Part shown: positions 11,367 through 24,290 of the stretch, piece after piece | Numbering within the stretch: the first letter of the stretch is position 1 | How the letters are laid out: every line of letters begins with the position of its first letter | NCBI GenBank assembly: GCA_951406725.2 | Contig: OX597814.1 | Span: forward strand, 191,270,001 to 191,334,000 | Length of the DNA: 64,000 nucleotides | Direction: 5' to 3' | Source of the DNA: Octopus vulgaris | Taxonomy: Eukaryota | The notes under the pieces: generated by a model | Databases searched by the model: none | What the model was told of the DNA's origin: nothing | What the model saw: the letters and a program-made list of their open reading frames with translations, nothing else | Program-made: the position numbers and the translations under genes

Positions 11367-14062
11367 CATGATACTAGGAAATTTACCTGCTTTCTTTGAT
11401 GATCAGGTAAATATTTGTTGCTCTTCCCTCCTTCCTTGAGACTGATTATTCATCCAAACTATATTGTGTCAGTGTATGAGACTCTGTTAATCTATGTTGC
11501 TTCATTCATGTAGGAAGGTGAAAACATTTACTGCTTAAAATAGTGAACCTGGGTAAACTTTCATTTTCACCAAATGAACAAATCTTCCTTTTGAATTAAA
11601 GTAAGAAGACACTGATTCATTTAAAACCACTGCAAAGGAGAGATTTTTGCTATATTTTTCAATATTGAATTTAATGATTTCATTGTTTACTAACCAATGA
11701 TAGACAAAGAAAACAAAACCCAAAGCATCTTTGTATATATAATGTCATCATCACCATGAAACCTTAGACATTACTGTCTCAAGCCCTAAAACTCAGAAAC
11801 CCAGTTACCCAGTTCCTATGGAGCGTACAACATTCCAGTAGGACACTAGTCCAGTAGGATTGCTTAAGTTGGTGTGCCTGATGGTGTGAATGATGACTGC
11901 AGGATGGTTTTACCCTATGGGCTATAGTTTGCCAACACTGGAATAGACCCTATGATCAAAAGCCTTCTAGCAGCAACCATCAAATCTCTTTTCTTTTTTT
12001 TTCTTTTCTTTTCAAACAGTGTATCCAGGAAAACATTAGCCAATGAGCTTAATTTTAAGAGGGCAAGGGTGTGATAATGAATTTTGGCTGTTGTTTCTAG
12101 TGGGTCAAGTGGCCTCATAGAGGCATCTTTAATAACTTGCTTGATTTCTGGTATTTTAAGTTGTTATTCTATCTATCACACTTGAATCCTACTTTTATTT
12201 AAGAAAATCTGTCCACTTTAAGATCGTTAAAAACTGACAATATCCCTCTTTTACTATTCTTTTACTTTGGACAATATAGTTATACATAAGACAAAAAAGA
12301 TGGAATGGTGACAGCTGGAATGTCTTTGAATCATATATATGCTTTGGTCAAGGCTGACTTATAGCCATATGCGGATGACCTGGTAGCTGAACAATAGACA
12401 CCTACACAATTCTTAAGCATATCTTGTCCATCCTACTTGGTAGTAGAGTAGGCAAGAGCAGAGAAAGAATAGCAGAAAGAAGACAAGAGCCAAGGAGAAA
12501 ACCACAAACTGTATAAAGAGGTAAGCAGTTTTGATGGTTTATGATGCCATCACACAAGTTTGGATAAATGGGCCAAACTCAGTCATGACATGTATGTCAA
12601 TAAAGGATGACTAACAAGATAAAATGAGCCAGGTTCTGGTAGTCCTTTATTGGGTTACATTTGGACAGCGGCTATGCTAGGATGTCACCTTCAAGGGCTT
12701 CAGTCATTTATAACAACCATAATATATGGTGCAGCAGAAATACCCATCAAAGAATTTTCTGCCACATCCTGCCCCTAGTGAAGTCAGGCAGGTTGTAACA
12801 GTGTAGCTAAGGCTTGACCATTTTTTTCCAGTTACCATCATGGTTTGGACCAGTGCAAACTGTGCATTTGATGTTGAATCAGGAAGGCTTTTTGCAGTAC
12901 CCTATACCTTACTCTAACATTTATTTTATTGGTCTTGTAAGAGATAAAATAGATAAGTCCACCCTGACATAAAGGAATTTAATGTGAACTAAATACAAGA
13001 TATTTTTTATCTATGCAGTAATTTTTGTTTCCCCATCCTTTGCAAATATACACCCTGCCACAAACATAATTTACATCTACTTTGCCATACTGACATGGGT
13101 TAAATGAGTTGTTACAGTTAGAGTAAGTTCCTACTGAGAGTCATCCCATCTTAAACACATTGTGAACTACATGTTGCTTGTATGTTCCATGTTGTGGTAC
13201 ATTTTCTATGACGGGGTGGCCCTCATATCACCAATGTTACAAGGCGTACAAAGTGCATTTTTATCATATCACCAGCACCAGTGAGGTGGTCTTGGTCCTA
13301 GCAAGACTAAAAAGTCTTCTGTTTAGTCTCCATTCATTTGCTAATCATTTAACAGGGTGTTCTGGGTGCATGCACCAACCACTTTACAGTATGTACTGGG
13401 AGCATTTTATGGCACCAGCACTAATATAAATATTTAATACACAACACTATGCATGCATATACACACATTCAATAAATAGTTTGACTAACAAGATGGTGAA
13501 CCTGATGAGATGGTATGACTGCTCAAAGTACTGCACAGTAGGGATAAACCTAGGTTGCAAAGTGAACTCCTAAACCCCATGGATATGAACTGACCATATG
13601 AAAAAGCACAATAGGGAAAACTAGAAATTGCCTTTTTATTATTTCTTTTTAATAAGATATATGTGTTTGTAAGATGGAATACCCAGTCAATAAATAGTGT
13701 ATAAAATGTGGTATTTACAGCAGATGACATTAAAAATAGATAAACCTGTAATAAAACAAGACTCTAGAAAGGCTAGATGCTGTAATCTGATCATTCAACT
13801 TCATATATAACAGCATAGATAGATGATCCTTAATATCGTGAGCTGTTCCCAGTCCCCGCCAAAATGCCTTAATTGACTTCATGTCACAGAGCTATAAATC
13901 AGTTGCTCATAACGAATTGTAGCAGTTTAGCTCATCTGTTAACATAAGAGCAATTATAATAAATGTAATGATTTTTTTTTTATAATAGTTAAAATTATAT
14001 TATCTTAACTATACAATCCTGATTGTAATAAGATTAAAGATGGCCTTTATATTTGGTGATAC

Positions 14063-14142
14063 GAACTAAAGTTGTAACAATGAAACTTGTTTTAATAAAG
14101 ATATGAACTAAAATTGTAACAATGAAACTTGTTTTAATAAAG
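14063..14142. repeat. Tandem duplication, ~42-bp unit x2
   Basis: GAACTAAA(G/A)TTGTAACAATGAAACTTGTTTTAATAAAGA occurs twice. Confidence 0.85.
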
Positions 14143-14775
14143 AATTATTCTTTGAAGGCCATTTGCTATCTATTTGTTGATTATTGTCTACCTGACACCA
14201 CAAGAAATCACCTGCCTGGCTACTTACTATAATTAACCATTTTGAAGCAGTATACAATAATCTTAGAGACTATTTATTTTTGCTGTTGTGATTAGAAACC
14301 ATTATCATCGTTATTAATTCATTGTGTGTTTGTTAGTTACCGCAAATATTACCTTGACACAAATTCTGGAGTTCTGGCTGTCTAAAATACAAATAAAAGT
14401 TTTGAATTCATCTGATGAATTGCAGTGACATGATGCGCGATTGCCTGTCATTTTAGAAATGTATTTCATTGCAAATATTTAATAATAGGAAATAGTATAA
14501 TATTCAGGGACCACATCATATCCAACAAGTTTTAACAATAAATGACAAAAATAAGACATTGCAATTGACCACAAATAGCTCAGAAATGAAATGAAACAGA
14601 AACAGCAAGTCGAGACATTCATGTCTTTCACAATAGTATTAGCATTATAAATATTGTAAATCAATAATTTCAACTAAGAATCGAAGTCCGGTTTGCCAAT
14701 TCGGTTCGAAGAGAATTTACCGCCGCACAATGCAAGTAACTTCTAATAATTACAGGTAATAAGCAAAATACTTAC

Positions 14776-15847
14776 AGAAATAGAGAACGGCTTCACTTTG
14801 TATGACTCCAATCCATAAAGTTCCGGCAGCTTTTGATACAAGTCCGACAGCAGCGATAGTTGTATCCGATACATGGTAACGTAAAAACGGTACTGCTAGA
14901 ACTGTTCCCAAAGCTGAACAGGCCATTCCAACCGATAGAAAGATACCAATTTTAACCGATGGCCATACAAACGGTTTGCCGAGTAGATAAAGTACCAATG
15001 TGTTAAGTTGTCCAATGTGAACCATGGCGTACGTCTGGAAAGCAAGGATGGCAAACCATATCTTCAGCAAAGCGGCATCTTTGCATTTGAATAATTTTAG
15101 TAACGGTTGGAATGTGTCATAGCAACAGTTTTCAGTGGAAGGTTCAGTGCGGCGTGCTGTTTGTATTTCTTCCACGCCGAACACGACGAGAAAGACGGAA
15201 AATAAAGATAGGCAAAATGTAAACCAGAAGGGTTGGAGAAACCCAGAATAATGAACCCAAACGCCCACAACAATGTTTCCTATTGCATAAGTAGCGCCAT
15301 TAATAAATTCTTGCACAGCAAGACGTGATGATCGATTTTCTGGGGCTACTGAATTTATCGCATAAAAAGAAGATCCAGCCATTAAAGACACAGAACTGCC
15401 ACTAAGTCCTCGTAGGGCTGACGCCATGAAAAGTCCATCGATATTCCAGCCTGTATATAAAATGAGGATGTAGAGTAAAGAATAAGCAGTGATTCCTAAG
15501 GTTGGTAAAACAATCATGATCTTGCGTCGACCTGTACGATCGCCAACGGCTCCCAGAATAATGACAGACACAACTGCTGGGAGACCCTCAGCGATCTGAA
15601 GACTGAGAATGGATATAGCACTTTCCTCTTGAGCTGAAGTGCTCGGAGTTGTTATATTATCTGTGTTTGGTGGATGGAAGTTGCCACTGTAACTGTTGCC
15701 TTTCTTAAAATCCGATGTATCAAGGTGGTATTTTTTGGAGATTTCAGCTTGAACGTATTCTTGAAAAAGTGGTAAAGTCATGTGCCAAGAGAGGAAAAAA
15801 CAGGTATAAACCATTTCGACGACATAGGATCGCAGTTCACCCCACAT
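14776..15847 (-). CDS. SLC46-family MFS transporter (proton-coupled folate transporter/SLC46A3-like), first coding exon
   Basis: Open frame with about 10 hydrophobic segments, MFS motif A (GAVGDRTGRRK), a large first luminal loop with N-glycosylation sequons and SLC46-like motifs (VAPENRSSRLAVQE, LYLLGKPFVW). A GTAAGT donor at 14775-14770 follows ..VLYF (phase 1), so the last ORF codons are intronic. Confidence 0.88.
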
Positions 15848-15999
15848 TTTTAAGCCTTCTTTTTTTTCAATACCTTCGAAACGTTTCTTCTAATTTAATA
15901 AAGAAAATAGATTATTAAAAGAAAACTATTACTTGAATACAAAAAGATATGTGCGTCCGATAATGTCTTTTTTGTTTTTTATAAATACATAAATATATA

Positions 16000-17460
16000 T
16001 TCACAGTAGATCATTCTGTTCAAGTCAGAAATACCTCGTTTTCTGGAGAAAACTGGGTACAACTTGTTTTTGAGAGACAGAGACGGTATAATGAAATATA
16101 TTTCGTCGGAAAAATACAGCTGTTTTCATGTGCTAAATTAAAACCAGTCTGTTCGGGATTATTTTGCGTATGTTTATTTATAAAGTATTGTTTATCAAGA
16201 AGATTAACGGATGAAATTTCGCCAGCAATGAGTGCCACTTATAAAAATCCTCGCATTTCACGAACACCTGAGCAATGGTTTCTTTTTCTTTAAATAGAGT
16301 CTTAATAACTCCGGCATATATTATTTCTAAGAACGAAAGATAATCTGTATATTTATTATAATTAAGAGAATTATTTCGATAAGAAAATAGCTGACAGTAA
16401 AGGTGTTTTTTTATATATATATATATATCGTTTATATTAAAAAAACAAAATATTGTAAGAAAAAAAGGTGCGACGACGGATAATTACTCCTGAAATTTAT
16501 TTCAATTTTACCTGAGTGATCAAAAACCTTGAATTTTAAGGCGCAGCCACGATTCTAGCTAGTCCTTATTCAGTAAATCAGAAATATTTGGCGGCAGGTA
16601 ATAGGTTGATAAAGAAGACAATAAAAGCTTTAAAGATTGTCACGTCTCGAAGTTGCTGTTACGCGCACCTTTTCTTTACGCATAGACGAAAGAACAGCTA
16701 CTTGTTTCTTCCACAAATCAAGTAATTACAACAATGTCAGATCATCTATATCCAGTTAAATGAAAAATAAATTAATTAACAAGACATACCAACAGAAATT
16801 GAAAATATTAAATATAAATATACATGTATGGGTATGTATCTGCACTTAGATGCGCATCATCCGAAAATCAGAATATATGTTTCGTTGGTTAAATTAATTA
16901 TAAATTATTGTTACTTTCTTTCTTTTCCTGTCGAAATGTTTATTTCCCATTAGTTGTACTGCTTTAATGTTTCATCCCTCGTTTATCACAGCAAATAATC
17001 AGATGAGGCTGGTATATTCCGTCTAGGAGGGGAACCGCGTGTCATGTCACTAGCTTTCACTCCACTCAAACTCCGTGTTTATCTTGATCGTTGCACTGGT
17101 AAAACGGACATGACCTGAACCATCAGCAACATTATTGTACAACTTCATTTACTTCCGGGTCCTGGCTGCTGCCACGACTACCATCACTTATATCTTTATA
17201 AAAGCACTACCAATCGCCTATATCATCCACAGCCAGCTAATTCATCATCTAAGCTCTCTCTCTATCTCTCATCATCATTACCGTGCTATCTCCACTGCTT
17301 CTACAAAAACACGCTTTGTGGTTATTTAGCGGCTTACAACACACAAAGAAAGAAAATAAGCTGCCTCACTACCATTTTGTTTATTAGAAAACGAAACCAA
17401 AAATAAAAACAGCTCTGTGTGAACTTACTGACGTATTTTCAGACATAATTACGTTTTTGT
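16000..17460. promoter_or_regulatory. Putative promoter/5' region of the SLC46 gene
   Basis: Repeat-free stretch upstream of the ATG, visibly richer in CpG than its flanks. ETS motif CCGGAAGT (minus strand) at 17151-17158. Confidence 0.45.
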
Positions 17461-17892
17461 AAGGGTGTCTCTACGCTGTCGTTCGACAAGCTAGAAATAG
17501 CAGCAAAGTCACCCTCAAATCACATACTATCGTCTTGAAGGGGTAGAAATATATAGGTTAATGTAGTGCTAGATGCATAATAGTTGAAAAGAAAAGTCGA
17601 GGTGGGCACAGTTTGAATACTTTTGATTATAGGTTTGCTCAATTGTGGCTGCTCTGGGTTAAAAAAAAAATCACGACGTTATTTTAGAGCATTAGACAAA
17701 TAGTTGTAATGGTCACAATTATGGGGTAAATATTGACAGACGGAAAATAAACACCTCAATAAAACAGGGAGTGTCTCGTAGCTGCTTTCAACATGACACT
17801 GACATAGCTTTTCAATAATTCACACACACACACAGAAGCATATTGCTCTCTTCCTCTCTCTCTCTCTCTCTCTACCTATCTATCTATCTATA

Positions 17893-17945
<53 letters not shown>

Positions 17946-18120
17946 ATAGTAGAGTAGGCTGGTTTAAGGGGTTACTCCGCGTTTCTCGCTCATAAAGGGT
18001 TTAGAAACCCAGGGTAACCCCATAAACCGGCCTACCCCACTACACTATTAACTGCTCTACATCTTAGAGTGTGCTTCTCCTCCAGATTTTTATATTTCTA
18101 CAAACGATCCTATATATATA

Positions 18121-18169
<49 letters not shown>

Positions 18170-18260
18170 GGTATTTACTTGTGTATAAGTCGTACGATTT
18201 TACACCTGATTTTAACAGGAAAACCCACTAGGGCGCGATTGAAACACGAGTAAAAACGAT
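18170..18260. mobile_element. Short Tigger/pogo-like MITE
   Basis: Imperfect inverted ends GTATTTACTTGTGTATAAGTCG and CGATTGAAACACGAGTAAAAACG. Confidence 0.45.
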
Positions 18261-18918
18261 GTGTGCGCGCTCGTGTTCAACCAGTGGCCAGAGCGGTGTT
18301 TGACAGGTAAAGGCGAACTCACTCTGCGTTATCGTTCGTGCAAGCGCAATTTATTATCAAAATATTTATTTCAATTTCGTATATTACAAATTACACAGCT
18401 AATGGCTGATCAATTTTAATTATTGAAAACGTAAGGAAACTATTTGCGGAAGAATTAACTGTTATTTCGCGTATGTCGAGTTACCACATAGAAGTCTCGC
18501 GATGCATAAATACATGAATATCACAGAAGAGGGAAATTTAGCTGTTCTGTTTAATGTTTACTTCTTTGAGGTCTCGCTGGTTGGTTTACACACGCACACA
18601 CACACACACACACACATACGCGCGCGCACGCACACACTCACAGCAGCAGGTATGATTTCAGGGACTTTTACAACTGCCTCTAGCAGGTTGTACCCCTACA
18701 TAAATGCCCACTTCATTTACTCATATACTCATATATATATATATATATATATATATAAGTTCAGCAAAATTTAGATTCAGATGAATATGGTACTTAAGTT
18801 AAAGGCACCAGAATTTTGTATGATATTATCCATATAAATCAAATGGGGTGATTATAATTAAAATAAGCAACAAGGATATCCAAGGTAGAGTAGTACAATT
18901 GTTTCATGCTACTTCATT

Positions 18919-21021
18919 GCGGGCAACAACAAAAACCTGAACCATCTCCAATCTGCTTCCTTCGATTGGAAGAGAGCAGATTGGAACCTGTACCACACTG
19001 AACTACAGCACCCAAACTGGCGTGAATTTTACAACTCTGGAGATGTGAATACTATACTCCAGAGTATCCTGGACTCAATATGGGCAGCATGTGCAGCATC
19101 AGTGCCATGTAAACAGAAAAAGAAGAACCGCCCCAAAAGTGCAATTTGGGAAACTTCAGCGGTCCGACTTGCCAGGAAGGAACGTCGAACTGCTGAACGG
19201 GAATACAAGTTGCATAAATCAGACACCAACAGGAAGAAGCGGAATAAATCTTCCAAACATCTCAAGCAAGTGACAAAAAAAGCAGTGCTTGAATTTGAAC
19301 AGTGCATAGCAGCCAATCCTGACAGCAAGGTTTTCTGGAAATATGTGCATTCGAAGCAGAGACCTCACTCTCCAGTGGGCCCTCTTCGCAACCCTCACAC
19401 AAACCAGATCACTGACGACCCCAAGGAATGCGCAGAACTCATTGCCGAGTGCTATGCAAACATATTCACTGTTGAAAATCAAAATGTACCATCTTCACCA
19501 TCTCTAACAGCAAATTCCATAACAACTATGGAATTTACACCTGCAATGCTGCGACGTCACCTTCAAAATAAGCGCAAGTATGCCTCCCCTGGTCTTGATG
19601 GAGTTACATATCTGCTTCTCAAGCGTGGCAGGTACTTCCTTTTACACCAGCTCTCTATTTTCTTCCAGTACTGTCTCAACAATGGTGCTACTCCGGAACT
19701 GTTCAAAAAGGGCAACCGCACATCACCTGTCAACTATTGCCCAGTCAGTCTCACTAACTGTATTGCAAAACTGATGGAATCGTGTGTCAGAGAAACACTT
19801 TGGAACTTCTGGAGCTCACACAGTCTCATCCGACCCTCACAATATGGATTTGTCCCTAACTCCAGCTGCAGTGATCAGCTTGTCGAGTTCCTTGAGGACA
19901 TTACTCAGATCACTGACAGTGGCTCATGGGTGGATGTTGTCTACCTTGACTTTGCTAAGGCTTTCAACTCTGTGCCACACAAAAGGCTTATGGTGAAACT
20001 CTCTGCAATGGGTGTGAGGGATGACCTTTTTAACTGGTTGAAATCCTTCATTCTCAACCGAAAGGAGGTAGTCACAGTTCTAGGACAGCATTCTACACCA
20101 TATGAGATGTCATCGGGTGTACCACAGGGATCTGTCCTTGGTCCCCTCTTGTTTGTGGCATACATTAATGACATAGATGCAAATTTAAAGAATGCCACAG
20201 TATTAAAATATGCAGACGACATCAAGCTGTACCTTGAAATCAAGAGGACAGATCCTGTTGTCTACAGCTCTTTCCTGCAATCAGACCTGGACACAATGCA
20301 GCAATGGATCACAGACTGGCAACTGAAACTGGCTGTGGACAAGTGTACCACCATGCATTTTGGGAGAAAAAACCTTGCGTCCACATACTCCCTCCACAAC
20401 ACTGATATCAAGAAATCCTTTTGCGAGCGTGACCTAGGCATCATTGTCAGCAGTGATTTGCGTTGGACAAAGCATATCTCTAAAATTGTCAAGAAGGCCG
20501 AGGGTGTCTTGGCATCACTCAGCAAGACTTTTGTTAGCCGCTCTCCAGCCATCTATTTAAAACTGTATACAGCTATGGTACGACCACACTTGGAATTCGC
20601 ATCATCAGTTTGGAACCCCTATCTTGCTCAGAACATTGACCTCCTGGAATCTGTTCAGAGACGTGCAACCAAACGCATACACTCCATCAGACACCTACCA
20701 TATTCTGAGCGCCTTGTTTCCCTGGGCATGGATTCACTGAAGCTCCGGCGTCTGGCGACGGACTTGGTAAACACCCACAAAGTTGTCAACCACCTCACCA
20801 ATAACAACACTGAACACCTTTTTGATCTCCATGTGTCTAACACACGTGGACATGCCTACAAAGTCAGAAAACAACACAGCTCCCATGACTTTCAGAAACA
20901 TTTCTTCACACTCAGAGTTGCTGAAGCATGGAATAAACTGCCTGCGTCAGTTGTTGACTGCCATGACACTGCATCCTTTAAGGCCCTCATGCTTTCCGAA
21001 ATCCGTCGAAACTACACCTGA
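18919..21021 (+). pseudogene. CR1 ORF2 fragment (reverse transcriptase)
   Basis: Motifs YLDFAKAFNSVPH, GVPQGSVLGPLLF, YADD, ERDLG, RPHLEFA and LESVQRRATK. The frame is open from 18919 but has no true start. It appears to lack the WK.A.V.P segment and has KAFD>KAFN and NYRP>NYCP changes. Confidence 0.9.
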
Positions 21022-21103
21022 TTATATATGCACTTTAGATGAGTTGTAGTGCACCTGAGCACTGTACACAATGTTTATTATTATTATTATTATTATTATT
21101 ATT
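18919..21103 (+). mobile_element. 5'-truncated CR1-clade LINE
   Basis: Open RT frame, short 3' UTR with a GTGCACCTGAGCAC hairpin, (ATT)n tail. The endonuclease domain is missing. Confidence 0.93.
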
Positions 21104-21267
21104 TTATTAAACCCTGTAAGTATTACATCAGTTTTAAAATGTCGAGCAATTGCTCGACATTTTAAAACTGATGTAATACTTACAAGGTTTAATAAAATGA
21201 AGTAGCATGAAACAATTGTACTACTCAACCTTGGATATCCTTGTTGCTTATTTTAATTATACATATA

Positions 21268-21306
<39 letters not shown>

Positions 21307-21321
21307 ATATATATATATATA

Positions 21322-21379
<58 letters not shown>

Positions 21380-21380
<1 letters not shown>

Positions 21381-21850
21381 TAAGCTGTGCACCCACTATA
21401 AAGAAAATGTTAGTTGGTAGGCACATACCTGGGACAGAGGTAACACTACATTTCCTCTTAATGGTCACTGCAATGCAGAGACAGTTGTATATGAGGCAGA
21501 GATGACATCAAAGAACACTAGTGGGCAGTCAATCATGAAGAAGTGTGGGCATGACAGAAGGTTCTTCCAGTGCAAGATTTTATAACCAGAATTCCTCCTT
21601 TAATATCCAAGAAAGATGCCATGTCACAGCCTTGTTTTGGCCTGTATGGTTGTTGAAGGTAAGAACTGTAGATTCCAACACTATGAGGAGAGCCATAGAG
21701 AGATGCAAGTCTTGCTTTAACAATAGCCCAAAGTGCAGGCCATGTCTAGCTAAGAAAAGAATTATGTTAAAAAATTTACTTCATCCGGACATCAATCTAA
21801 ACTGCAAGAGTGAAATTTTTTGCTCTTGCCTATATGAAAGACGATATGTG
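21380..21850 (+). mobile_element. Penelope-like element, degenerate GIY-YIG endonuclease region
   Basis: Translates to PLNGHC..VVYEAE..GMTEG..RFYNQNSSF..TAL..VWLLK..CRPCLAKK..LNCKSEIFCSC, which follows the PLE pattern CPL.G.C/VY.A/YIG.T/NH..SF/C.LC..EK/LN...E...C.H. Confidence 0.75.
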
Positions 21851-22446
21851 ATTACTTACCTACAGAGTCCACCACCAATATAAATGCTAGGACCTCCACC
21901 ATAGGTCCTTCCATCATTAAAATCTGAGAGCCTAGCAAAGTTTTGGCCACACCAAACCATATACACATAAATACACAGACGTATGTACCCACACATAAAG
22001 TTAAAGCTTTAGGCCCACCCCCCAATCCTTACTTCCAGAAACCCCACTCCATGCATATCAGCCCCTCCAAAAAACATAACTCTACACACATATCAACTCT
22101 ACCCCATTGTGCTAGTCATCACACCTCACTCAGGGTTTTTGGGGTACAAGAGACATAACTCTCTTAATTGCCTCCTGAAACTTCATTTTGTCTTTTCCAC
22201 AGCACTAACGAACTGGATGTGACACTTCCTCACTTCCAGTAACAGAGAGCAGTCACCATTTTTTCCATTCTGCTTATCTTTGACAAGTTCTTACCTAATA
22301 TTGCACCAGATCTACCAGGCTCCAATATACCCTACCATTTACTCATCTGTTCTGATATCCATCACTACCTCTCTTCCAGATCACTTATTATTGATATCCT
22401 TTATTCTCTCTTAGCATCACCCAGTCTATCTCTATGATCCTTCTCT

Positions 22447-22509
<63 letters not shown>

Positions 22510-22627
22510 GCAATTATTGCCTTCTGTACAACTAACCATCATTCTCTCTTCTCCAGGTCACTCATTACTGACATACTTTACTCACTTTTATCAGTGACCA
22601 TTTCTACAACTATTCATCATCATATAC

Positions 22628-22820
22628 CTATTCCTTTACTGCCAACAAGGGGCTACACACAGAGGGGACAAACGGATAAGGTCGATTATATCGACCCCAG
22701 TGCATAACTGGTACTTAATTTATCGACCCTGAAAGGATGAAAGGCAAAGTCGACCTCAGCGGAATTTGAACTCAGAACATAGCGGCAGACGAAATACTGC
22801 TAAGCATCTTGCCTAGTGTG
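22628..22820 (-). mobile_element. tRNA-derived SINE, family B (5'-truncated)
   Basis: Homology to 63333-63551. Confidence 0.8.
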
Positions 22821-22964
22821 AGATGTTGGATCCAGTCAGTTTTAACATAAAACAGGTGGAATATTTGGGCCGGATATGGCCAGATTAAATGCTAAAGGGG
22901 TTAAGAAGAGTGTTCAGCCATAGAAACCAAGCTAAAAAATGAATGTGTGAATGACTACTCCAGC

Positions 22965-23016
<52 letters not shown>

Positions 23017-23084
23017 GTGTATGTATATATATATATATATATATAACAGAAAAAGAAAACGGAGAAACTGACATATAGTCATCA

Positions 23085-23119
<35 letters not shown>

Positions 23120-23150
23120 CATTGAAAGCAGACATTAAGTGATGATGATG

Positions 23151-23183
<33 letters not shown>

Positions 23184-23429
23184 CCGATCCCTGTATATCA
23201 ACACATGTGAAATGTGTCACTTGTTTTGAAGACTATATCAGTTAATTATGTTATGAGTTCTATACACACATTTCCTTATAAGTGCTTTATCTCAATAAAA
23301 GCCATGAATCAGATAATGGTTGAGTATGGCTGTGTATGCACTTGTGTGTATGAGTGTTTATGCATGTGATTGCGTGTTTCTGTATGCGCTTTTGTATTTC
23401 TGCATGTGTGTGTGTCTGTGTATGTGTGG

Positions 23430-24290
23430 CTGTATACATACATGCATATATGCATACTTATATACATAAATACACACATACGTACATACATACATACATA
23501 CATACATACATACATACATACATACATACATACATACATACATACATACATACATACATACATACATACATACATACATACATACATACACTCAAAAACA
23601 CACAAACACATGTATGAACACACATAATTTAGGGAAATGTAAGCACATGTTTATGTCTCATGCATGCATATATTCATTCATATATATACACACATACTTC
23701 CATAGATGCATGTATGCATACATATATGTATAGAGACATGCATACATGCATACATACATACACAAATAGATGCATACATACATGCATACATGAATGTGTA
23801 AGTGCCTACATTCATAAATACATTAATGCATGCATGCATACACATCTATACAAATATGTGCATACAAGCATATATGAATGCATAAGTGCCTACATGCATA
23901 CATACATACACAAACATACATACATACATACATACATACATACATACATACATACATGCATGCATGCATACATACATACATACATACATACATACATACA
24001 TACATGCATACATACATATGCAAATACGTACATTTATGCATACATGAATGCTCAAGAGCTTACATATTTACATACATACATGCATACATACATGCATCTA
24101 TACATTCACACATACATACATGCATACTCACATTATTACATACATGATTACATACATGTACATATATACATACATTTGCATACACAGATAATTGCATACA
24201 TACATGTTAGCATACCTACCTCCTAATCTATATACAACGATACATGCATACATTCATATATACATACATACATACATACATACATGCTTA
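23430..24290. repeat. Complex (TACA)n/(TGCA)n microsatellite tract
   Basis: Long pure and degenerate TACA arrays. Confidence 0.95.

Larger units (their letters stand above)
18853..21261. repeat. 224-bp palindrome (2 x 112 bp) interrupted by a CR1 LINE
   Basis: 18853-18918 joined to 21104-21149 is the reverse complement of 21150-21261, with 2 mismatches by eye. Confidence 0.92.

Noticed and set aside
12368-12388. Isolated YADDLV-coding stretch
   Set aside because: It is too short and has no flanking RT motifs.
14750-14775. ORF tail CKYFAYYL* as the true SLC46 C-terminus
   Set aside because: It follows a consensus GTAAGT donor, and the protein would lack its last helices.
23309-24226. ORFs rich in HTYI/MYVC/VCVC (also at 29.4, 31.6, 34, 38.2-39, 52.3 and 57.8 kb)
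   Set aside because: They are translations of TACA, CA and GA microsatellites.
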